Below, in pieces: positions 28,286 through 36,533 of a stretch of DNA of 53,301 bases. A program made the translations under genes and the position numbers. The notes below the pieces were generated by a model that saw only the letters and a list, made by a program, of their open reading frames with translations, was not told where the DNA came from and ran no database searches. Positions within the stretch are counted from its first letter, which is position 1. Every line of letters starts with the position of its first letter. The DNA comes from Candidatus Tepidifontimicrobium thermophilum (GTDB taxonomy: Bacteria; Sysuimicrobiota; Sysuimicrobiia; Sysuimicrobiales; Sysuimicrobiaceae), in assembly GCA_031459915.1 (NCBI GenBank), contig JAVKHO010000018.1:5190-58490 (forward strand). The letters are read 5' to 3'.

Positions 28286-28929
28286 TCGCGGACGACCACG
28301 AGCTGGTCCGCCGCGGGCTCGCCATGCTGCTCGAGACCGAAGCGGGCATCCAGGTGGCGGGGGAGGCCAGGACCGGACGGGAGGCGGTGGAAGGCGTCCT
28401 CCGGGAGCGTCCGGACGTCCTGTTGGTGGACCTGAAGATGCCGGACCTGGACGGGCTCGGGGTGCTGAAGGCGGTGAAGGCCCGGGCCCCGGGCACACGG
28501 GTGGTCCTGCTCACAGGGCTGGAGGTGGACGAAGCCATCTTGGAAGCCGTCTACCAGGGCGCGGACGGCTTCCTGTTCAAGGACGTGCCACCCGCGGAGC
28601 TCTGCAAGGCCATCCGCGTGATCGCGGCAGGGGAGGTCTACCTCCAGCCCGCGGTGGCGGCGCGCCTGGTGCGCCTCCTGGCCCGGTCCCAGGAGGAGCC
28701 ACCGGCCCGCAGAGGCGAGCTCACCGCGCGCGAACGGGAGGTCCTGCGGCTGATGGCCCGTGGTCACACCAACCAGGAGATCGCGGAACTCACGGGCCTG
28801 GCCGTGGAGACCGTCCGGTCCCACGTGAAGAACATCCTGCAGAAGCTGGAGCAGCCCAACCGGACGCGTGCAGTCCTTTTCGCCCTACAGTCCGGGCTGG
28901 TGGACCTAGCCGAGCTCCGGGGGCCGTGA
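28255..28929 (+). CDS. NarL/LuxR family response regulator
   Basis: VLIADDH, LVDLKMPDLDG, LTAREREVLRLMARGHTNQEIA..TVRSHVKNILQKL. Confidence 0.94.
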   Translation: MRQSAPVRVLIADDHELVRRGLAMLLETEAGIQVAGEARTGREAVEGVLRERPDVLLVDLKMPDLDGLGVLKAVKARAPGTRVVLLTGLEVDEAILEAVYQGADGFLFKDVPPAELCKAIRVIAAGEVYLQPAVAARLVRLLARSQEEPPARRGELTAREREVLRLMARGHTNQEIAELTGLAVETVRSHVKNILQKLEQPNRTRAVLFALQSGLVDLAELRGP

Positions 28930-30024
28930 GGGCACAGGCCCGCCGGCCGGGGTGGTCGCGGGGGAGGGAAGGATCTCGTCGAGGGCCAGCTGCGCGCGGA
29001 TCACCTGCAGGTCCTCCGGGGTGGGCACGAACGGGTAATCCCGAAAGGGTTCGGACGGCCGGTAGGACCCGTAGGGGCGGGTGCAGCCTGGCCGACCGTC
29101 CGCGCCGGGGCAGCCGTTGGTGAGGAAGGGCAGGCCGCTGGAGACCGCCTGCTCCACGAGCGCGCGCGGGGCTGCGATGGCCGCCAGGGTCCCGTCCTCG
29201 TGGAACCGGAAGTGCTCCATCCCGAACCCCTCGGTCTCCACCAGGAACTTGACCAGCTGGATGCGGCGCCAGCGGGTCAGGGGGGCTTTCGGGTGTAGCC
29301 CCATCCGGGAGTCCGGCTCAGGGTTGAAGGAGAACAGGTAGGCGTAGATCTGCCGGTCCCGCAGCCGCACGAACAGCTCCACCAGGTCCCGGTCGCTCTC
29401 CCCCAGGCCTACCAGGGTGTGACAGTTCACCTTCCACGGACCGAAGACCTCGCGGCCCCAGCTGATGACCTGCCAGTAGTTGCTCCATCGCAGGCCTCCG
29501 GCCGGGACGTCCGTCCGCAGGCGGCGAAAGAGGGACTCGGTGACCGCGTCCAGGCCCACCCCGATCATGTCCGCGCCGAGGTCCTTGAAGTGCTGGAGGC
29601 GCTCCCGGGTCAGGGTGGGGGGTGCCACGAGGACCGAAAGGGGGGTCTGGACCCGACGCCGGATCCTCCGGATGATCTCGCAGGTGTCCGCGTAGGCCCG
29701 GCCGTGGGTGACCATGGAGATGCACAGGCGGGTGAGGGCGGACTCGTAGCGCGCCATGCGCTCCACGAGATCGTCCGTGGACACCAGGGGCCAGTCCACG
29801 CGGATGAAGGACTTCTCCGTGTAGGTCCCCGGTCGCGTGCGGGCGAGCCCGCAGTAGGCGCAGTCCGACCGACACCCGTCCTCGTACTGGAGCAGGAGGT
29901 TGATCCCGCCGAAGGGGAAGTCCCGGGAGAACCGGCCCGACCGGAAGCGCAGCACGATGGCGCTGGCCATGGAGATACGGACCCACTCGGGGCTCTCAAA
30001 CCGCTCCGGTGCGGTCCGCAGCAT
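28906..30024 (-). CDS. lipS2: Radical SAM lipoyl synthase subunit LipS2
   Basis: CRSDCAYC radical SAM motif; C-terminal TNGCPG..GCTRP, a variant of the LipS2 TxGCPxCxRP motif; lipoate gene context. Confidence 0.8.
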   Translation of the reverse strand: MLRTAPERFESPEWVRISMASAIVLRFRSGRFSRDFPFGGINLLLQYEDGCRSDCAYCGLARTRPGTYTEKSFIRVDWPLVSTDDLVERMARYESALTRLCISMVTHGRAYADTCEIIRRIRRRVQTPLSVLVAPPTLTRERLQHFKDLGADMIGVGLDAVTESLFRRLRTDVPAGGLRWSNYWQVISWGREVFGPWKVNCHTLVGLGESDRDLVELFVRLRDRQIYAYLFSFNPEPDSRMGLHPKAPLTRWRRIQLVKFLVETEGFGMEHFRFHEDGTLAAIAAPRALVEQAVSSGLPFLTNGCPGADGRPGCTRPYGSYRPSEPFRDYPFVPTPEDLQVIRAQLALDEILPSPATTPAGGPVPSRPPELG

Positions 30025-31135
30025 GTTCCTTCACCTCCGGGAAGTAGCAGGACCCCTCCTGGCGGAGCGGTAAGGAGGCCTGGCGCGCCCGGGCACGCTC
30101 GCCCGCCTGCAGGACCGCCTCCACCAGCTGCTCCGCCGACGTCCCCAACGGCCTCCCCGAGAGGATCCGCGAGGCGATGCGGCGTAGCTCGCCCCGTTCC
30201 AGTCGGGACCACTTCAGGGCCGCCTCGAAGCGGGCCAGTTCCTCCGGGAACTCGTTGAAGTCTCCCACGATCATGGCGCTCTTGATGGTGGACCCCACAA
30301 GCGACAGGTAGACCCGCAGCAGGCCTGCGGGGGTCTTGACGAGCGCACTACCGGTCAGGTCCGGTTGCGGTCGCAGCTGGTCCACCCACTGCGCCGTCCG
30401 GTACTTTTCCCGTTCCAGTCGGGCGGCCCGCTCCCGCTCCGAGGGTTCCGGCTCCGCGGGGCTCAGAGATACGCCGAAGGCCTCCGCGTAGCCCTGCGCC
30501 ACCACGACTCGCAGCGCGGCCCCGGTCCAGTGGGTCGACGTCTGCTCCGTGACGGTGGTGACCCGGTGGGCGACCGCTTCCACCCCCTTGTCGCCGAGCT
30601 TGGCGGCCGGGATGCGGAGGATCCGCAGCATGAAGGGGATGTCGAGGTCTGCGAGCACGCTGGCGTGGAACAACAGAGCTCCGTGGCCGTCCAGGTAGAT
30701 CCCCAGGCCCGCGATCTTGCGGGTTCCCACCTGCAGGTCGTTCTTTCCGCCGAAGGCGGCGTGGATCCCGAGGCGCCGCAGCCCGGCCACGATGCCTTCG
30801 GAGAGCCGGCGGAGAAGCTCCTGGGGGTGTTCGGGGGGCGCGCGCATTACCAGCGCCACCCCCAGCTGGTCCTCGCCCATCAGGATGGCTCCCCCGCCCG
30901 TGGGACGGCGGTTCACGTGGGTCCCCGTCTGGCGGCAGGCTTCCAGGTCCACCTCGGCCTCCAGGTGCTGGTAGCGTCCGACGAGGGCGCAGTGGCTCCG
31001 GTACGTGTACAGGCGGAGGGTTGGCGGGCGTGCCGGACACCCCCGGGCGTAGTGCGCCATGAGGGCCTCGTCCAGGGCGAGCCCCTCGGCCGCGCCCACG
31101 CCGTCGTCCACCAGGAGCCGCCAGGTGTTGCTCAC
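29996..31135 (-). CDS. Lipoate/octanoate-protein ligase (LplA/LipM-like catalytic domain plus C-terminal domain)
   Basis: LALDEALM, TLRLY, RRPTGGGAIL, NDLQVGTRKIAG, LFHASV. Confidence 0.88.
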   Translation of the reverse strand: MSNTWRLLVDDGVGAAEGLALDEALMAHYARGCPARPPTLRLYTYRSHCALVGRYQHLEAEVDLEACRQTGTHVNRRPTGGGAILMGEDQLGVALVMRAPPEHPQELLRRLSEGIVAGLRRLGIHAAFGGKNDLQVGTRKIAGLGIYLDGHGALLFHASVLADLDIPFMLRILRIPAAKLGDKGVEAVAHRVTTVTEQTSTHWTGAALRVVVAQGYAEAFGVSLSPAEPEPSERERAARLEREKYRTAQWVDQLRPQPDLTGSALVKTPAGLLRVYLSLVGSTIKSAMIVGDFNEFPEELARFEAALKWSRLERGELRRIASRILSGRPLGTSAEQLVEAVLQAGERARARQASLPLRQEGSCYFPEVKEHAADRTGAV

Positions 31136-32139
31136 CGGCTTGCTGTCACCTCTCCGTCCCCTTCCGCGCTCCAGGCCAGCGAGCAGCAGAACTCGTAAAA
31201 CCGCGGCTCCAGGCCTCGGCTGCGGGCGTAGTCGACCACTCCCTCCGCCGGGTACGCGATCCCGTTGAGGCCCTGGTCGACCGCCGCCCGGTCGAGCACC
31301 GCCTTGGTGTCGGCCATAGGCCGCGCGCAGCCCAGGTTGATGGGGGTACGGGGTAGCGCAGCGCGCGCGGCTCCGAAGAACTCCGCCACCTCATGGCGCG
31401 GAGGGGGTGGGAGATCGGCCATGGGCGTCCCCGAAAGGGGGACGAGGACCACGAGGACCAGGGTGGATACGGGGTACCGCACCACGAGGTCGAGGGCCCG
31501 GTACTCCCCCAGGAAGCGCCCGTAGTGCAGGCCGAGAACGATGTGGGGGATGATGCGGAGTCCCGCTTCGGCCAGCAAGGCCAGGGAACGCTCCACGTCC
31601 GACACCGTCCGATCCAGGTGGTAGACCTCGCGGATGGTCTGGTCTGCGCCGATCACGTCCAGCATCACCCCGTCGACGCCCGCGCGGGCCAGGGCTACAG
31701 CGACCTCCGGCGACACGAACCCCGAGTGAACCACCACCCGCATTCCAAGCTCCATCCGGATCCGTTGCACGTCGCGCAGGTGGGGCAAAAGGGGGACCCC
31801 TCCGGTCCGGGTGGAGCCGCCAGAGACCAACAGCCCCTCGGTGCCCTCCTTTCGAAGACGCCGGGCCAGCTGAAACAGGCTCTCGCCCGGAGGTAGTGCC
31901 AGCATACCCTCGAGGACCTTTGCCCTGCAGTGGTCGCATTGGAGGGCGCAGCCCCGCCCGGTGACGGACACAGGGAGGAACCGCCTGGGGTTGGTGGGCT
32001 TCCACTCGGACGTCTCCCACCGTTTCAGGCCTGGCGCGTAGAACTCCATGACCGGGGGGAAGTGTCGCCGGCGCACTTCAAACCCGGAGACCGCAGGCTG
32101 CTCCTCGGGTGCGACCTCGGACGGAAAACCCGGCCTCAC
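31132..32139 (-). CDS. lipS1: Radical SAM lipoyl synthase subunit LipS1
   Basis: CALQCDHC; LipS1 motifs LGCARP and C-terminal CC (EFCCS); GTGA overlap with the upstream gene. Confidence 0.82.
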   Translation of the reverse strand: MRPGFPSEVAPEEQPAVSGFEVRRRHFPPVMEFYAPGLKRWETSEWKPTNPRRFLPVSVTGRGCALQCDHCRAKVLEGMLALPPGESLFQLARRLRKEGTEGLLVSGGSTRTGGVPLLPHLRDVQRIRMELGMRVVVHSGFVSPEVAVALARAGVDGVMLDVIGADQTIREVYHLDRTVSDVERSLALLAEAGLRIIPHIVLGLHYGRFLGEYRALDLVVRYPVSTLVLVVLVPLSGTPMADLPPPPRHEVAEFFGAARAALPRTPINLGCARPMADTKAVLDRAAVDQGLNGIAYPAEGVVDYARSRGLEPRFYEFCCSLAWSAEGDGEVTASR

Positions 32140-32597
32140 TCCGCCAGCACCCCCTCGCGCCGGTACGCCTCCACCCGCTCGCGGAACCACAGGGCGATCC
32201 GCTCCGCTCCTTCCAGGAGATAGGCTCGCTCCGCGGGCAGCTCGGTGGTCTCCAGCTCCACCAACCACCCCTCCCCGTAGGGGTCCTGTTCTATCCTTGC
32301 CGGATTACTGAGGGCGACGGGGTTTTGCGCCACCACGCGTCCGGACACCGGCGCCACCAGCGGCCCCACGAACTTGGCGGCCTCGAGGCTGCCGAAGGCC
32401 TCACCACGCCGGACCACGGTACCCAAGGGCGCCAGGACGAGCTGGGCCAGGGTGCCGTTCACCTCCACGCCGAGGGGGTCGAACCCCACCCGCACCCGGG
32501 TGTCCGATACGGGCAGCACCCAAAGGTGGTGCTCCGGATCGTACAGCCGGTCCACCATCAGCTCGTACCGGCCTACCCGCACCGTAGAACCCGACAT
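32136..32597 (-). CDS. GcvH-like lipoyl carrier protein with no cysteine
   Basis: GSLEAAKFVGPLVAPVSG lipoyl-Lys motif, DPYGEGWL; no Cys in 153 aa. Confidence 0.85.
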   Translation of the reverse strand: MSGSTVRVGRYELMVDRLYDPEHHLWVLPVSDTRVRVGFDPLGVEVNGTLAQLVLAPLGTVVRRGEAFGSLEAAKFVGPLVAPVSGRVVAQNPVALSNPARIEQDPYGEGWLVELETTELPAERAYLLEGAERIALWFRERVEAYRREGVLAE

Positions 32598-32616
32598 CTC
32601 CGCTCCCGAGGTGCCC

Positions 32617-33660
32617 TCACACCGCCAGGGCCGCGGCCCGTGACCAGGCTCCTGCCAGGCGACTACCGTCCTCCCCCCAAGCTTGCAGCCGGCGGACCGC
32701 CTCCTCTATCCCGGCGCCCTTCACGCCGGCAACTAGCCCTGCCAGGCCGTCCCGCGCCCGGGGTGCGATCCCTCCCACCGGGGCGACGTCCACCACACGT
32801 CCCGCCGCCCCGCTCGCCACGACCAACCCGCGGCCCACCTGCACTGCGCACACCCACACTCCGGCGCGGACCTTCACGTACCAAGTACCCTTAGGGCTTC
32901 CGTCCACCTCCCACAGCCAGCGCCGGCTCCCGAAGAGCCGGTCCAGCTCGCCCACCGTCGCCCGTTCGAACGCCGACAGTTCCCCTGCCTGGGGCGGCAG
33001 TCCCAGGGCGTCCGCGTAGGAGCGGGTGAGGGCAGCCTTGAACCCCTCGGGGTTCGCGGGCGTGGCCAGCACGTAGCGGCGGATCCGGCGTTCCACCTCT
33101 TCCCGGACGCGCGGATGGGGTAGGTTCAGAATGCGCGCGGCCCGCTCCGGACAGAACTCCTCGATGAGGTTGCCCACCACCACCACGGCCTCTTCCACCT
33201 GGCCACCTGCGTGGCCGGAGATCTTCCTGTCGTCGACCACCACCTCGCCGTAGGAGTCCAGGGCAGCGGGCACCCCCACAGCCTGGAACGCGCGCACGGC
33301 AGGCGACAGCAGGGCCCGGAGGGCCTGCTGTCGCGCGGGCGGCGCCCAGCGGGCAGGGACCGTGATCTGGAAGAACAGCTGGCGCGGGTCGAGGTAGACG
33401 GGGCCACCTCCCACCATCCGGCGGTAAACCGGTAGGCCGGCCCGCCCGCAGTAGGCGAGGTCCACCTCCCAGGGGCTGCGGGTGCGTCCAATGGACACGT
33501 ACGGGGCCGCAGGACGGACGAAGGACAAGGTGGCGGGCGCGCCACGGGAGACGCCGTACGCCACCGCGTGCCACAGAGTCTGTGACCGCAACGGAGAGGC
33601 CTCTCCGAAGTCGATCACGCGCAGGATACCCCCGGCCTGCTCCATACGGGCCGGCAGCAT
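32617..33660 (-). CDS. sLpl(AB)-like lipoate-protein ligase
   Basis: VIDFGEASPLRSQTLWHAVA, YVSIG, RRMVGGGPVYLD, RKISG; paralogous to 46292..47380; TACGCT 6 nt before ATG 33660. Confidence 0.82.
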   Translation of the reverse strand: MLPARMEQAGGILRVIDFGEASPLRSQTLWHAVAYGVSRGAPATLSFVRPAAPYVSIGRTRSPWEVDLAYCGRAGLPVYRRMVGGGPVYLDPRQLFFQITVPARWAPPARQQALRALLSPAVRAFQAVGVPAALDSYGEVVVDDRKISGHAGGQVEEAVVVVGNLIEEFCPERAARILNLPHPRVREEVERRIRRYVLATPANPEGFKAALTRSYADALGLPPQAGELSAFERATVGELDRLFGSRRWLWEVDGSPKGTWYVKVRAGVWVCAVQVGRGLVVASGAAGRVVDVAPVGGIAPRARDGLAGLVAGVKGAGIEEAVRRLQAWGEDGSRLAGAWSRAAALAV

Positions 33661-33708
33661 CGTGACAGCGTACCCGCTGCCGAGCAAGCCCCGAACGCGG
33701 CGGGCGGC

Positions 33709-33773
33709 TTTCCCGTCCGGGGGATGACTGGCTCCCCCGAATGAGGGAGGCGCCTTCTCCCCCGCCCGGGGGT
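33709..33773. promoter_or_regulatory. three 16-bp palindromic boxes TCCCCC-N4-GGGGGW in the divergent lpl/tusA intergenic region
   Basis: TTTCCCGTCCGGGGGA (33709), TCCCCCGAATGAGGGA (33733), TCCCCCGCCCGGGGGT (33758). Confidence 0.7.
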
Positions 33774-33800
33774 TGTGCGGCCCGACGCGCCTTCTAGACT
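33773..33800 (+). promoter_or_regulatory. promoter of the tusA-shdr operon
   Basis: TTGTGC (33773-33778), 16 bp, TAGACT (33795-33800). Confidence 0.6.
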
Positions 33801-33828
33801 GTGTGGGGACGCGACGGGGGGTGATGCC

Positions 33829-34074
33829 ATGGCCTCCAGCGGGATCAAGCCGGACCAGGTTCTTGACTGTCGCGGGTTGCTGTGCCCGCTGCCGGTGATC
33901 AAGACCAACAAGGCCATCAAGTCCCTGGCGGTGGGGCAGGTGCTGGAGATGCTGGCCACCGACCCGGGCTCCAAGCCCGACATGCTCGCGTGGTCCCGGC
34001 AGACGGGCCACGAGCTGTTGGAGGTGGAGGAACAGGACGGCGTGTACCGGTTCCTCATCCGGCGGAAGGTCTGA
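33829..34074 (+). CDS. tusA: Sulfur carrier TusA
   Basis: LDCRGLLCPLPVIKT (CPxP), LATDPGSKPD, GHELL. Confidence 0.93.
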   Translation: MASSGIKPDQVLDCRGLLCPLPVIKTNKAIKSLAVGQVLEMLATDPGSKPDMLAWSRQTGHELLEVEEQDGVYRFLIRRKV

Positions 34075-34086
34075 GGGGGTGGGAGC

Positions 34087-34635
34087 ATGCAGGCTGTTGC
34101 ACCGGGGGTGGCGGAGGTCCCAGGAGCAGACGTTGAGCCCGCCGCGGGGCGCAGGCGTCGGCTCGCCATGGTGGCGTCCAAGGGGACCCTGGACATGGCC
34201 TACCCGCCCTTGATCCTGGCCACCACCGCATCCGCCATGGGCTGGGAGGTGGGGATCTTCTTCACGTTCTACGGGCTGGACATCCTCCACCGAAGGAGGC
34301 TGTCCCGGCTCAAGGTGGCGCCGGTGGGCAATCCCGCCATGCCGCCGCCCCTACGGGGCCTGCCGCTGAAGGTTCCGGACATCCTGGGAGCCCTACCGGG
34401 GATGCCGAGTGTGGCCACCGCCATCATGAAGCGGTGGATGCGGCAGTCCAACATGCCCGCCATCGAGGAGCTGCTGGAGATGGCCCGGGAGAGCGGCGTC
34501 AAGCTGTTCGCCTGCGCCACCACCATGGGCGTGATGGGAATCCGGCAGGAAGACCTCATCGACGGAGCCGAGTGCGCGGGGGCCACCACGTTCCTGGACT
34601 TCGCCTCCGGGGCGGACGTGACGCTGTTCATCTAG
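34087..34635 (+). CDS. DsrE2-like sulfurtransferase (DrsE_2 family)
   Basis: SKGTLDMAYPPLILATTA, IFFTFYGL, ACATTM, GATTFL. Confidence 0.85.
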   Translation: MQAVAPGVAEVPGADVEPAAGRRRRLAMVASKGTLDMAYPPLILATTASAMGWEVGIFFTFYGLDILHRRRLSRLKVAPVGNPAMPPPLRGLPLKVPDILGALPGMPSVATAIMKRWMRQSNMPAIEELLEMARESGVKLFACATTMGVMGIRQEDLIDGAECAGATTFLDFASGADVTLFI

Positions 34636-34648
34636 GGAGGCGGAACGT

Positions 34649-35035
34649 ATGGAGCAGGACGGCCGTCGACGCATCCTGTACGTGCAGACCCACGGGGTGG
34701 ACATGCCGGAGCGCAGCGCCACCCCCTTCTACCTGGCCGCGGCGGCCGCGGCCATGGACGTGGACGTGGGGATCTACTTCACCATGAACGGGCCGACGCT
34801 GCTGAAACGCGACGTCCCGGAGCAGTTGGTGGTCCCCAAGAAGGGGGGAGGCGGGGCGCCCCTGCGGTACTTCATCGACCAGGCCCTGGAGCTCGGGGTC
34901 AGGCTGTACGTGTGCCAGCCGAGCCTGGACCTGCACGGGCTCAGGCTGGAGGACCTCATCGAGGGGGTGGAGATGATCGGGGGTGCGGCGTTCAACGCCA
35001 TGGCCCTGGAGGCGGACGCGGTGATCGCTTTCTGA
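34649..35035 (+). CDS. DsrE3-like sulfurtransferase
   Basis: PERSATPFYLAAAAAAMD, IYFTMNG, YVCQPSL, GGAAF. Confidence 0.82.
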   Translation: MEQDGRRRILYVQTHGVDMPERSATPFYLAAAAAAMDVDVGIYFTMNGPTLLKRDVPEQLVVPKKGGGGAPLRYFIDQALELGVRLYVCQPSLDLHGLRLEDLIEGVEMIGGAAFNAMALEADAVIAF

Positions 35036-35042
35036 GGGGGCG

Positions 35043-35525
35043 GTGGAGTCCGGGGGACCGGTTGCCCGGGTTCGCAACTGCCTGCTGCCTTTGGACCTGT
35101 ACTACGTGGTGGAGGAACACCTCTGGCTGCGTCGGGAACAGGACGGCACGGTGACGGTGGGGATGACGGACGTGGCGCAGACCACCGCGGGCAGGGTGCT
35201 GGTGGTGACGTTCCGGCCGGTGGGCCGGCACTACGGGAGGGGTCGGCCGGTGGCGGTCCTGGAGAGCGGCAAGTGGCTGGGGCCTGTCCGGGCCCCGGTG
35301 AGCGGGGAGCTGGTGGCGGTGAACGCCGGGCTCCTGCGGGAGCCCGACCTGGTGAATCGCAGCCCGTACCGGCGGGGCTGGGTGGTCCGGTTGCGGCCCT
35401 CCGCGTGGGAGCAGGAGGTGAAGTTGGTGCAAAGCGGGCCGGAGGCTGTGGAAGCGTACGAGCGGTACATGGCAGAGCGAGACCTGGACGACTGCGTGCA
35501 CTGCGAGGGGTACGAGCTGCCATGA
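35043..35525 (+). CDS. lbpA: Lipoate-binding protein LbpA
   Basis: H-protein fold, LESGKWLGP; N-terminal Cys (RNC), C-terminal CVHC. Confidence 0.85.
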   Translation: MESGGPVARVRNCLLPLDLYYVVEEHLWLRREQDGTVTVGMTDVAQTTAGRVLVVTFRPVGRHYGRGRPVAVLESGKWLGPVRAPVSGELVAVNAGLLREPDLVNRSPYRRGWVVRLRPSAWEQEVKLVQSGPEAVEAYERYMAERDLDDCVHCEGYELP

Positions 35526-35800
35526 ACGGGGAAAAGGTACCGGTGAAGGTCTTCACCCACCCCACGTGTACCAGCTGTAAGGCCGCCATCCAGATGGTGG
35601 AGCGCCTGGCGCGGGACTATCCCGAGGTCTCCGCCACCGTGGTGAGCCTGGCCAGCGCCGCCGGGCGGGAGGAGGCACGACGGGAGGACATCCTGTCGGT
35701 GCCCACCATCCTCGTGGGCAGGGGACGGAGGCTCGTGGGCGTACCCCGGTGGGAGGAGCTGGTGGCCGCGGTGGAGGCGGAGGGACCTGCGGTGTCCTGA
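35522..35800 (+). CDS. Thioredoxin/glutaredoxin-like protein
   Basis: FTHPTCTSC (CxxC), cis-Pro motif SVPTI; ATGA overlap with lbpA. Confidence 0.85.
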   Translation: MNGEKVPVKVFTHPTCTSCKAAIQMVERLARDYPEVSATVVSLASAAGREEARREDILSVPTILVGRGRRLVGVPRWEELVAAVEAEGPAVS

Positions 35801-35813
35801 GGAGGAAACGGAG

Positions 35814-36530
35814 ATGGCTCTGCACGCACCCCCGAGGCTCGAGCGGTACGCGGACGTACCGTACGAGGAGAAGGAACGGCTGTTCCAGGAGGTGAAGGCG
35901 GACCCGCGGTTCCCCGACTACCTGTACGGGTGCTACGAGTGCGGGATCTGCGTCGCGGCTTGCCCTTCGGCCCGCTTCTACGACTTCAGTCCCCGCAAGA
36001 TCGCCCAGACCCTGGCCCGGGAGGACGTGGAGCTGTTCTACTACCAGCTGAACGAGGACATCTGGAACTGCTCCCAGTGCTTCTCCTGTAACCGCTGTCC
36101 GCGGGGCAACTCGCCGGGGGGCCTCATCACCCTCATGCGGGAGGTGGCGGTCCGCAACGGGCTGCGCTCCGCCAAGGAGGCCCTGGAGGGCTACAGCCGG
36201 GTCATCTACAAGATCATGTCCACCGGCACACAGGTCTCCCCGGACATGATCCAGGCGGACGCCTTCCCCGACTGGGGGCCGGTGGCGAAGGAGACCGCGG
36301 AGAACCTGGACCTGTGGCGCCGGGCCCTACCCCCGGAGACCATGCACACCACCACCACCGCCTGGGAGGTGGAGGACCGCACCCTGGCGGAGCTGTACGC
36401 CATCTGGTACATGACCGGGACCATGGACATCATCCGGGAGGTGGACGAGGGCCTGCACATGATCCTTTGCGACGTCATGGAGGAGCTGCTGGAGGAGAAA
36501 GGCTACGCCGTAGCGGGAGGAGGGGAGTGA
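35814..36530 (+). CDS. shdrC1: sHdrC1, 2x[4Fe-4S] subunit
   Basis: CYECGICVAACP and CSQCFSCNRCP; position before shdrB1. Confidence 0.88.
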   Translation: MALHAPPRLERYADVPYEEKERLFQEVKADPRFPDYLYGCYECGICVAACPSARFYDFSPRKIAQTLAREDVELFYYQLNEDIWNCSQCFSCNRCPRGNSPGGLITLMREVAVRNGLRSAKEALEGYSRVIYKIMSTGTQVSPDMIQADAFPDWGPVAKETAENLDLWRRALPPETMHTTTTAWEVEDRTLAELYAIWYMTGTMDIIREVDEGLHMILCDVMEELLEEKGYAVAGGGE

Positions 36531-36533
36531 GCG

